A stretch of 18,289 nt of DNA from Deltaproteobacteria bacterium TL4 (lineage in GTDB: Bacteria > SAR324 > NAC60-12): assembly GCA_051382335.1 (NCBI GenBank), contig JBBCAX010000392.1, positions 1 through 18,289 on the forward strand, read 5' to 3'. Numbering within the stretch: position 1 is the first letter of the stretch; every line of letters starts with the position of its first letter. Under the pieces are notes generated by a model that was given only the letters and a program-made list of their open reading frames with translations, ran no database searches and was not told the origin of the DNA. Shown piece by piece: positions 7,208-17,200 of this stretch. The position numbers and the translations under genes are program-made.

Positions 7208-8581
7208 GTACAGCCCGGCGTAAATTAAAGACTGCTTTTTTGTGTTTTTCAGATAGAGTGTGTTTTTTCCCGGAATTGATGATGAACCCACTTTTGGAGA
7301 TTCAACCATGGCGACTCCCCACGCCCCCCAAATCTTGATTTCAGAGCAACAGGAAGCCATTTTATCAAAAATAACCCGGCAAACCACTGCGGATTTCCGT
7401 GAAGTCAGCCGTGCGCGATTGATTCTGAAAATTGGTGAAGGTCAGCCCAATTCCCGCATCGCACGAACCCTGAATTGTGGAATTCCCAAAGTCCGACATT
7501 GGCGACTCCGATGGATGGAAAGTCAGCCCACCCTCCAGCAAATCGAAACCGATCCTGAAAAAAACCGGCATCTGGAACAAACCCTCCGGGAAATTTTAAG
7601 CGATGCTCCCCGTGCGGGAGCGCCTGCCACATACTCCTCGGAAGAATACTGTCAGATTTTAGCGATCGCCTTGGAACCTCCCGAAGAAAGCGGTCATCCG
7701 CTTTCTCAATGGAGTCATCAAGACTTAGCGGATGAATGTAAACAACGAGGAATCACTTCCGGAATTTCGGCCCGTCAAATCGGTCGTTTTTTAAAAAGAA
7801 GCCGATGTCAAACCTCATCAAAGTCGCTATTGGCTCAATCCCCATCATGAGAATGAAGCGCAATTTGTGGAAGAGGTGAAAAAGGTTTGCGAAACTTATC
7901 ACCAAGCTCCCCAAGCGGCGGTTCATCACCGCCGGACCCTGAGTATTGACGAAAATACCGGGATTCAAGCTCTGGAACGGAAATCGCCGACCAAACCCAT
8001 GGAACCGGGGAAACCGGCTCGGATTGAATTTGAATATATTCGCCATGGGACGCTGTCTCTCATCGCCAATTTTGATGTCGTGAGTGGGCAGGTGGTTTGC
8101 CCCAGCATCGGCGACACCCGCAATGAACAGGATTTTTGCGAGCATATTCGCCAGTTGATTGCCAGTGATCCCCAAGCCAGGGAATGGGTGTTGGTGGCTG
8201 ATCAACTCAATACTCACAAATCAGAATCCCTGGTCCGCTTGGTCCACGAACTCGCTGGACTCCAGCAGGATCTGGGCATCAAGGAGAAAACAGGAATCTT
8301 GAAATCCATGGACAGTCGCGCTGAATTTCTGAAGGACCCCAGCCACGCCATTCGGTTTGTTTACACGCCTAAGCACTGCTCATGGCTCAAGCAGATTGAG
8401 ATTTGGTTTGGGATTCTGACCAAAAAACTGCTGAAACGAGGCAATTTTGCCTCAAAAAAGGACCTTAAAAACAGGTTGATTGAATTTATTGACTATTTTA
8501 ACAAAACCATGGCTAAACCCTTCAAATGGACTTTCAACGGGTTGCCTCTTAAAGCATAACCTTATTTATGCCGAGCTGTAC
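7208..8581 (+). mobile_element. IS630-family element inserted in intron domain I
   Basis: TA duplication at 7206-7207 and 8582-8583 within a CTAG target. The ends TAGTACAGCCCGGCGTAAAT and (reverse complement) TAGTACAGCTCGGCATAAAT match at 18/20. Confidence 0.92.
7308..8559 (+). CDS. IS630 transposase split into two frames (HTH ORF ending at 7850; DDE ORF ending at 8559)
   Basis: ATG at 7308 after GGAGA. HTH part RARLIL..VRHWRLRW..LSDAPRAGAP; DDE part SIDENTGIQALER, LVADQLNTH, PKHCSWLKQIEIWF. The frames join at the T6A5 run (7787-7797) to read GRFLK-EADVKPHQSRYWLNP. Confidence 0.9.
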
Positions 8582-8939
8582 TAGGCTCGGTATCGAGCTC
8601 CGAAATCAAAATTCCAGGTGCTGACCTTGTTGGCTGAAGGGGAAGGCTATATCAACCAAAGGCGTTAAGGCGAGCCACGGTTGGACCAGGCGGAGTCATA
8701 GACCCGAAGCATGTGAGGAAGTTTCTTGACCGGAACCTGGGAGATCCTGAAAACGACTGTCAACGTTTCATTGGCAGTCGGGCTGGGAAAATTAATCAAT
8801 AACCCCGGCCTTTACGTTTTCAGGAAGTCGGACAAGTCCCTAGGAGTGATGAAGCAAGCGAACAACGAAATCAATTTGTAGAAAGAAACTAAGGACACAA
8901 AAGAAATCAGCGGAGTTTGTGGAGCAAAGGGACTTGGCT

Positions 8940-9094
8940 TAGGTCGTCTAAATTGACCAAAATAGCTTGCTCAAAAAATGGACCTGCAAGAATGTCTCAC
9001 GGCCCCTTATTTTCTGTGGGTTTCCTCCAATTTTTCAGAGGGCCAAAAAGTGGGCAAAAAAATCACATCAAAAAGGCATGTTTTGGACGACCTA
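8940..9094. mobile_element. 155-bp MITE at the intron DIII/DIV junction
   Basis: Inverted ends TAGGTCGTCTAAA / TTTGGACGACCTA match at 12/13. A 9-bp direct repeat GACTTGGCT lies at 8931-8939 and 9095-9103. Removing the element restores GGAGCAAAGGGACTTGGCTAAGAGGAA. Confidence 0.85.
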
Positions 9095-10387
9095 GACTTG
9101 GCTAAGAGGAATTCTGCTTGCCCTCCTGTGTCTGGGACTCAGGGACCGGAAAAATCAGAGGGTGGTTTAAGCAGGATACGAGCGGCAGCGAAACGGGATC
9201 CCCATCTTCAGTTCAATAATCTCTTTCACCACTTTTCTCCTGAATTACTACAGAGAGCCTATAGGGAACTCAACCGTAACGCGGCGGCAGGAGTGGACGA
9301 GGAGACCTGGAAGGACTACGGTAAAAACCTCAGGGAACGGATCAAGGATCTACACCAGAGGATACATAAGCAACGCTATTCTCCTCAACCATCCCTTCGA
9401 GTGTGGGTGCCTAAGTCGGATGGCCGTCAAAGGCCAATCGGCATATCCGCTCTCGAAGATAAAATCGTTCAACAAGGTCTTGTTTGGATTTTGGAGTCGA
9501 TTTACGAGGAAGATTTCCTGGGGTTTAGTTACGGGTTTCGGCCTGGACGGAGTCAACATCAAGCGTTAGACGCCTTGTATGTGGCCATCACCCAACGGAA
9601 AGTCAGCTTCATACTGGACGCCGATATCCGTGGATTTTTCGACACGCTCCGACAGGCTTGGATGTTGAAATTCATGGAGCATCGAATCTCCGATAAGAGG
9701 ATTTTACGTCTGGTAGAGAAAACGCTGAGCGCCGGAGTCATAGAAGAGGGAAAGTGGTCCAAAACAGTGGTCGGAACACCACAAGGGTCGGTAGCGTCTC
9801 CAATCTATTCGAATAGCTACCTTCACTACGTTTTAGACCTATGGGTCAATCAATGGAGAGGGCGGGAAGCTCGATGCGAAGTTTACATCATTCGTTATGC
9901 GGATGATTTCGTTGTGGGTTTTCAATACCTTGAAGATGGCGAGCATTTCTATCACCAGCTAAAAGAACGTCTCTCAAAATTTGGGTTAACATTACACGAA
10001 GATAAAACACGTCTCATCGAGTTTGGGAGATTTGCCGCTCAAAACCGGAAGGTACGGGGAGAAGGTAAACCAGAAACATTTGATTTCCTGGGTTTTACTC
10101 ACATCTGCGACCTTCGGATAAAGGACGGAAAATTCAAACTCACTCGGATCACCATTTCCAAACGGATGCGGAAGAAACTGGAAGCCCTTAAGCTTGAGGT
10201 GAAACGCAAACGACAGGAGAATGCGCATGAACAAGGAAAATGGCTGAGGTCTGTTTTAATCGGTCTATACAACTACTACGGAGTTCCTGGTAACAGAGAC
10301 TCCCTGGATGCTTTTCGGACTGAAATCTGTCGGATGTGGTTCAAATCACTAAGACGAAGAAGCCATAAAGCCGCAAGTATGAACTAG
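8978..10387 (+). CDS. ltrA: Group II intron reverse transcriptase/maturase (no endonuclease domain), with a premature stop; the first ~40 codons are MITE-derived
   Basis: AAAGVD, RVWVPKSDGRQRPIGISALEDKIVQ, FSYGFRPGRSQHQAL, DADIRGFFD, GTPQG, RYADDF, FDFLGFTH and an X domain (GLYNYYGVPGN). TAG at 10385 is followed by 27 more homologous-looking codons to TGA at 10469-10471. Confidence 0.93.
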   Translation: MDLQECLTAPYFLWVSSNFSEGQKVGKKITSKRHVLDDLDLAKRNSACPPVSGTQGPEKSEGGLSRIRAAAKRDPHLQFNNLFHHFSPELLQRAYRELNRNAAAGVDEETWKDYGKNLRERIKDLHQRIHKQRYSPQPSLRVWVPKSDGRQRPIGISALEDKIVQQGLVWILESIYEEDFLGFSYGFRPGRSQHQALDALYVAITQRKVSFILDADIRGFFDTLRQAWMLKFMEHRISDKRILRLVEKTLSAGVIEEGKWSKTVVGTPQGSVASPIYSNSYLHYVLDLWVNQWRGREARCEVYIIRYADDFVVGFQYLEDGEHFYHQLKERLSKFGLTLHEDKTRLIEFGRFAAQNRKVRGEGKPETFDFLGFTHICDLRIKDGKFKLTRITISKRMRKKLEALKLEVKRKRQENAHEQGKWLRSVLIGLYNYYGVPGNRDSLDAFRTEICRMWFKSLRRRSHKAASMN

Positions 10388-10481
10388 GACCACTTCACGG
10401 TTCTGGTTAGACTTCACATTCCTTCGGTAAGAATTACTCACCCGTATCCAAATCAACGTCTGTTCGTCTGACTCGAAGCAG

Positions 10482-10574
10482 GAGCCGGATGCGTTAGCAG
10501 CGCAAGTCCGGATCTGTGCCGGAGGAAATACGAAAATGATAATCATAGCATATAAGTAGTTTCTTTACGGCGAC
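10482..10574 (+). ncRNA. Group II intron catalytic domain V and branch domain VI
   Basis: GAGCCGGATGCG-TTAGCAG-CGCAAGTCCGGATC contains the AGC triad. GCCGGAGGAAA pairs with TTTCTTT(A)CGGC, with the bulged A 8 nt from the 3' end. Confidence 0.9.
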
Positions 10575-10664
10575 TTGAATTATCTTGCAAAGTAATCCCT
10601 TATGTTTCAGTTTTGTTTTGAAAATCAAATTCTCATTTTTGTTTTTTTATAAGAAAGGCAGTTT

Positions 10665-10838
10665 ATGACGATTTCCCGTGAGGCACAGATTTCTTTGACA
10701 AGTACGCGATATTATCATTGCGTTTCTCGTTGTGTGCGAAGGGCTTTTCTTTGTGGAGATGATCCGGTTTCGCAAAGAAATCTGGACCATCGCGAGCAAT
10801 GGTTGTTGGAATATATCCACTACCTATCCATAAAATGA
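10665..10838 (+). pseudogene. N-terminal remnant of an HUH/Y1-type (IS200/RAYT-superfamily) transposase
   Basis: 57 codons, below the ORF-track cutoff: MTISREAQISLTSTRYYHCVSRCVRRAFLCGDDPVSQRNLDHREQWL. I recognise YYHCVSRCVRRAFLCG as the N-terminus of a Y1_Tnp subfamily. SD AAGAAAGG. It ends before the HUH motif. Confidence 0.8.
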
Positions 10839-10943
10839 TAAGATGGCAACAGACTTATTCGAAAACGTGGCATAATGCTAACGATTTCAATACTGGTGAG
10901 TGAACGATCACTTATTGGTCCTTGAAATTGGAAAAATTTTTCC

Positions 10944-10973
10944 TTGACAATCCTGTTCAGGATTTGCCATAAG
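10944..10973 (+). promoter_or_regulatory. Candidate sigma70 promoter with a palindrome in the spacer
   Basis: TTGACA (10944-10949), TG-c-CATAAG (10965-10973) and an inverted repeat AATCCTG-tt-CAGGATT (10949-10964). It lies upstream of AGGAG/ATG at 11028. Confidence 0.4.
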
Positions 10974-11065
10974 CGGATTACGGGACGCACTCTTTCCTTT
11001 TCCTAATCCTCAACACCCAGGAGCGTTATGAATCGACTCGATTTTTCGTCACTCAGCGATTTTCA

Positions 11066-11185
11066 CCAAACCAAACCAAACCAAACAAAACCAAACCAAA
11101 CCAAACCAAATAAAACTAAACCAAACTAAACTAAACAAAACCAAACAAAACCAAACAAAACCAAACCAAACCAAACCAAACCAAA
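11066..11185 (+). repeat. Pentanucleotide simple sequence repeat, 24 units of CCAAA with CAAAA/CTAAA/TAAAA variants
   Basis: 120 bp in exact 5-nt register, read directly from the sequence. Confidence 0.97.
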
Positions 11186-11219
11186 TTTCGGGTCGGCGAG
11201 TCGGCGAGCCTCTCCAACC

Positions 11220-14200
11220 TTGAAAAGCTGGCCATCCTACTTTCAGACAAAAAGGGCTTGGGTTGTACTCCTTTTAGTTTCCTTTCTGTTAATCGGTTGC
11301 GGAGGTGACACCTCGAATCAAAAAGAAGATTCGGGCCAGTCAGACGAAGCTGATGTTCAAATTTCAGAGACCATGCGATCTTATCTTGAGACCATTGAGG
11401 ATAAGGATCACAGGCAAAGAGTGGAAAGTGATTTGAATCGGTTTAACGGTTTCCTGTTAGAAAACAAGATCAGGACTTTGAAAGAATTTAATGACGCGTT
11501 GGCTAAGCCAGAGTTTGTCAGCAAGACCAGTAATTTTATCAAAACAAGCTCGGAAACTCAGACGTCTTCTTATCAACGTGGTTTTCTTGGCGGGTTTTGG
11601 GAAAGCCTTAAAGGTTGGCTGGAATATTTAATCCGGCTTTTTAAGAATTTTATTGAGTTTATAATGAAATTTCTGGAAACCGGGAATTCTGACAAGCCAC
11701 CCGCTGTTCCGGCAAAAGGTGTAAATTTTCTTGACACCGATCCTGACAAAAATCAATTCTCTGGAGAGGTCCTAATCACGAAAGCGGACGATGAAAGTGA
11801 GCTCACACACTATGTCCTTTATTGGGGTTCGGATGCCAATACAAAACTGGAGCATGAACCCGCTATCGCTGCTTTGGCAAAAACCGGAAGTGATCTGAGC
11901 TACGCTATAGCAGCGAATACCACAATCCCGCAAGGCGCGACATATTTACTGGTTTTCACCCAAAACAACAATGGCGAGATGGGCACAAATGTTAAGGTAG
12001 CTCTTATCGATACAATGATTGAACTCACCTTCACCGCCCCAGCCGATGGGAGTTATTTCAATACCACAACCCCTGAGTTAAAAGTGAGTTATAAAGGAAC
12101 CGGCTCGGAGCTAGATATTTCTACCCTGCGTTTCTATACAGATAATCATGAATTGGCGGTAAATTGTACCCACAGCGAAAGCGGATCCGCGTGTATCCCA
12201 ACCACTCCACTTCAGGAAGGTCCCCAATTAATCTCCGCCGCCATTAAGAACAAGCAGGGCAATTCCCCATCTCCCGCTCAGGTACGTTTCACGGTTGACA
12301 CCACTCCCCCCACAATCAGTCTGGACTTTCCCACAGAGATATTCACCAATCAATGGGAAAAAACCATTACCGGTCAGGTTAACGAAACAGCCACTCTTAC
12401 GGTTAAAGGACAAAGCGTTTCTCTGGGAGAAAACAGGGCATTCAGTCAAGATCTTCCTCTTTTGGAAGGGTTGAATACGTTTGAATTGAAAGCTGTTGAT
12501 CTGGCTGGCAATGAAGACGCCTTAACCCTGAATATCACTCTTGATCTAACGCCTCCTTCCGCGATTAATTCCGGTCTAATCACTCTTGAGCGGGATTCTG
12601 ATGAGCGGGTAAGTTTGAGCGCGCCTGCAGGGACACTGGAAATGGGTGCTTCCGTGACTATTACTAACGTCAATACCAAAGAAAGCGCGCTGATTGAAGC
12701 GGATCAGAATGGCGGCTTTACGGCTATTATGGCCGCGGAAAATGGGAGCCAACTATCGGTGTTAGTGACGGACCTGGCGGGAAACGTTGGTCCTTCAACT
12801 AACATTACCATAAACCTTACATCCCTTCCTCCTGATCCTGTGGCCGTCGCTCCTGAAGTAAATCTAACCACAGTCACTACCCTAGCCAGCGCGACCGAGT
12901 TTCTTTATACAGGCGGTAATCCGATTCAGCGAGGGGTGGAACCGGGAACCATTGAAGCCAAACGGGCGGCGGTGCTTCGTGGAAAAGTCATGGATCGTGA
13001 GGCAAACCCTCTTCCGGGCGTAACAATCACCATTCTTGACCATCCTGAATATGGAAAAACGCTAACCCGTAAAGATGGGATGTTTGATCTGGCGGTCAAT
13101 GGAGGCCTGGTACTCACGGTCAACTACGCCAAAGAAAACGTTCTTCCCGCGCGGAAACAAATCCATGTTCCCTGGCAGGATTATGTGCTGCTGGAAGAGG
13201 TGATTCTGCTTGCTTATGATGCCAAAGTAACGACCATCGATCTTGATTCAAACGAACCTTTTCAGGTGGCGCAAGGTTCACCTGTGACTGATGAAGACGG
13301 CACTCGTCAGGCAACTTTGCTTTTCCCTCAAAAGACAAACGCGACTATGACTCTTCCAGATGGAACAACTCAACCTTTAACAACCCTGCATCTCCGGGTC
13401 ACTGAATACACGGTTGGCCCTCATGGTCCCAAAGCGATGCCTGCCCCTCTTCCTCCCTCAAGCGGCTATACCTACGCGGTTGAACTCAGTGTGGATGAAG
13501 CGGAAGCCGCCGGAGCTGAGGAAGTCCTCCTGGATCAACCTGTTTATTTCTACGTGGAAAATTTTCTCGGCTTTCCCGTGGGCCTCAGTGTTCCGACCGC
13601 TTATTACAGCGGCTTTCAGTCGAGAAGGTCCCCCGATCCTTCACTTCCCGCCACAGGGTGCGCCCCGCTTGAAACACCGGAGGAAAACACACCCGCCTGG
13701 ATTCCCACGGATGACGGAAGAGTGATCAAAATCTTGAGTATCAATGACGGTGTCGCTGAAATCGACATCGATGGCGACGACGTGGCGGATCACGCTACCC
13801 TCTTAGCCGAACTTGGGGTAACGCAAGCGGAACAGCGAAAACTCGCGTCTCTCTATCAGCCAGGCCAAACTCTGTGGCGAGTTCCGATGAGGCATTTCAG
13901 CCCCTATGACATGAATTATTCCATGATTTCTATGGGACCATCTCCCAGACAGAAACCGGGTCACAACACAGGAGCGGGTAAGAGCCATAAAAAACCATGC
14001 AATTCAATTATTGATTGCCAAAACCAAACTTTGGGCGAAGTGCTCAAGATTCCTGGAAGTCCCTTCAGTCTCAATTATCAGAGCGCTCGTGTTCCTGGAC
14101 GCAAAGTTGGACAAGTCCTCACCATTCCTCTTAGTGGAACCGAGATTTTTCCAGATCTGAAGAGCATAGAGTTGGAAGTGTCCGTCGCTGGAAGACAATT

Positions 14201-17200
14201 CAAGCAAACTTTTCCCGCGGAGCCTGACCAAAGTTATACTTTCGAATGGGATGGAAAAGACGTTTATGGCCGTGTTTTACAAGGCAGGCAAAAGCTGAGG
14301 GTTCGGATTGGTTATGTCTATCCAGCTTTCTATCAAGTCCCGGCGCCGGAGTTTAGAAGTTTTGATCTAGCCACCGGCATTCCCCTGAAGGGAGTTCCTT
14401 CCCGGACTAAATTGACTCGTTGGCAGGAATATACCACGGAAATTGGAACCTGGAACACGCCTGAGCAAAAATTTGGCGGCTGGGGTCTCAGTGAGTTACA
14501 CGCTTATGACCCCCTTGATCAAACACTCTATCTGGGTAACGGGGAATGGCGTAGCGCGCGGAATCTCTCTTATATGGCCACGACTGTAGCAGAAAATATG
14601 GACCATATTGAGGACCTTGATCTTTATCCTACCAGTATAGCGGTGGATGGGGATGATAATCTGTTTATCATTTCCTGGAGGTATCTTGAGGAGCTTACCG
14701 GTAATCATGAGGTAGGCTATCGGATTTATAAACTTACACCGGCAGGAGTCCTTACCATTTTCGAAGAGGGAGCCGTTGGTTTAGATGACGTTGGCATAAT
14801 CGCTTCTTCTAAAATGACAGTGGATGGTAAAGGTAATTTGGTAAGCGTTATGCTTAAGAATCGAGTTGATAAGCTCACGCCAAAGGGAACCCTTACCACT
14901 ATCGCTGGCGCTTGTGAGGTAAGCGGCGGCGAAAATGGCAAAGACTTAATGGCTTATCTATCCGGTCTTGCTTTTGACAAACAAGGCAATTTGTTCCTCG
15001 TGGAGGACTCGCAAATTAAAAAACTCCGACCTGATGGTTTGATGACTACAATTGTTGGCACGGCGGAATTGGGTTACAGTGGTGACGAAGGAGCCGCTCT
15101 CAACGCTCAACTAAATTTTCCTACAGGCATAGCGTTAGACGAGCGGGGAAATCTATTTATCGCGGACGCGGGTAATCATCGAATCCGCAAAGTCACTCCC
15201 GATGGTCTGATTACTACAGTAGCGGGCCATGGCGAGGAGGGTTATAGTGGTGATGGCGGACCCGCTATTGAGGCCAGGATGAGTCGTCCGAACGCTGTCG
15301 CGGTAGATAAACAAGGTAATTTGTTTATCGCGGACTCTGAGAATGGTAGAATCCGCAAGGTCAGCCCTGACGGCATGATCGTTACCATAGCCGGCACTGG
15401 AGCGGAAGGTTCCAGTAAAAACGGAGAGCCCGCTATTCAGACTACGTTCCTTCCCCTAGATCTGGCCTTGGATAGTCAGGACAATCTTTTGGTATCGGAC
15501 GCTGGCAACAAACGAATTCTAAAAATCTCTCCCGCGCTGGAGAATTTCACGGGGCAACCCATCAATATCGCCTCAGAAGATGGGAGTCAGATTTACGCTT
15601 TCAACGCTACAGGGAAACATCTGCTCACTGTAAACGCAGCCACAGGAGCGACTATTTACAGTTTTAGCTATAATGCAGCGGGACTCTTGAAAGAAATTAA
15701 AGATGGAGCTGGAAACATGACCCAAATTGAGCGGGACGATTCTGGAAAACTCGTTACGATTGTTGCTCCTTATGGTCAACGAACAACGTTGAAGCTGGAC
15801 GAAAACGGCTATCTTTCCAGCAGCACGGATCCAGCGGGAAATACCACCCAATTCACTTATACTGACGAGGGTCTGCTAACCTCGTTCACTGATCCCAAAG
15901 GTAATGCTTCCCTATTTACTTATGATGAGTTCGGAAGGCTGATCAAAGATGAAAACGCCGCTGGAGGCTTCTGGAGCATGACACGTACAGGAAATTCAGA
16001 CAATTATACAATCACGATGACTACCGCGATGGAACGTCTTACTTCATACACTGTGAAAAATCTTCCTACCGGTGAACAACTCAGGCTCAATCATGAACCT
16101 GGAGGTATTCAAGCTGAAATCCTCATTGGGGTAGATGGCAGTCTCAAAACCAGATCGCCGAATGGAACAGTAGCTACCTCTGTGCCAGGACCTGATCCCC
16201 GCTGGAATATGCAGTCTCCCATCCCCAAAGAGACCACGGTTGCCACTCCTGGAGGACTCAAAGCCACGACTACCATGGAACGCTCAGTGAGCCTGGCTGA
16301 CCCCAAGGATAAAACCAGTCCGCAAACTCAAACTGAGATCGTGAGTCTCAATGGACGTGTTTACACCACACTCTTTAACACCGCCACCAAGACAGCGATC
16401 TCCACCAGTCCGGCGGGACGTCAAACTGTAACGGTGCTGGATCATCAAACCAGAGTCTTGGAGTTCCAGGCCCCAGGCCTCGAAAAGACCACCTACGAGT
16501 ATGATCAACGAGGACGCCTGAGCGTGATAACTCAGGGGGATCGGGTGACCACCCTCACTTATGGCACCGATGGCTACCTCGCCAGTATCACCGATCCTTT
16601 GGCTCACACCGTGGAGTTTGATGTCAACGCCAATGGCTGGCTCACCCAACAAACCCTGTCCGATAGTCGAGTGATCGCAACCTCCTACGACGCCAATGGC
16701 AATACAGAAGCCCTTACCCCGCCTGGCCGAGACGCCCATCAGTTTAATTACAACCCTGTTAATCTGATACAGGCTTACACTCCCCCCGCCCTTAGTGACT
16801 CCGGCGTCCCCGCCAGTAAGCTGAGCACTGGTTATACTTACAATCTTGACAAGCAAATCGATCGCATCACCAGACCCGACGGCAAAACCATCGACTTCGT
16901 CTACAAAACCGACCCCAACGATGATCTGCTGGATAAGATTGTCATCCCACGAGGAGAAATCCTCTTTAGTTATAAACCAGGAACCGGACAGCTCAAGACC
17001 ATCACCGCTCCAGAGGGTGGAACCCTTTCCTACACCTTCGATGGATTCCTGCTAACCAAAGAAGAGTGGAGCGGAACCATCTCAGGCAGCGTCAGCCAGA
17101 CTTACGACAATAACTTCTGGATCACTTCAAGGAGTGTTAATGGGGAGTATGTCATCAACTTTCAATACGACAATGATGGACTTCTCACCCAAGCTGGAGA

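Larger units (their letters stand above)
7071..10574 (+). mobile_element. Group II intron (IIB, bacterial class E-like), interrupted by IS630 and a MITE
   Basis: 5' end GTGCG at 7071; domain I motifs GAGTGAAAGTCTC, GGCCCCGAGTCATG and AGCGTTGACAGGGGA; EBS1 TGGCTG (8631-8636) complementary to the exon CAGCCA (7065-7070); DIII stem CAAGTCCCT/AGGGACTTG; DV at 10482-10514; DVI with a bulged A at 10567; 3' end GCGAC at 10574. Confidence 0.9.

Noticed and set aside
8978..10387. RT as a retron, DGR or defence RT
   Set aside because: It has an X domain and lies within a full group II intron (GTGCG start, EBS1-IBS1 pairing, DV, DVI). No template/variable repeat pair or msr-msd was seen.
10385..10387. 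TAG as a recoded or pyrrolysine codon
   Set aside because: A single G-to-A change from the expected Trp codon explains it, and TAG appears to end the vapC frame normally.
11192..11207. 8-bp tandem duplication GTCGGCGA x2 after the SSR
   Set aside because: It could be a footprint affecting frame history, but it is too short to interpret without orthologues.
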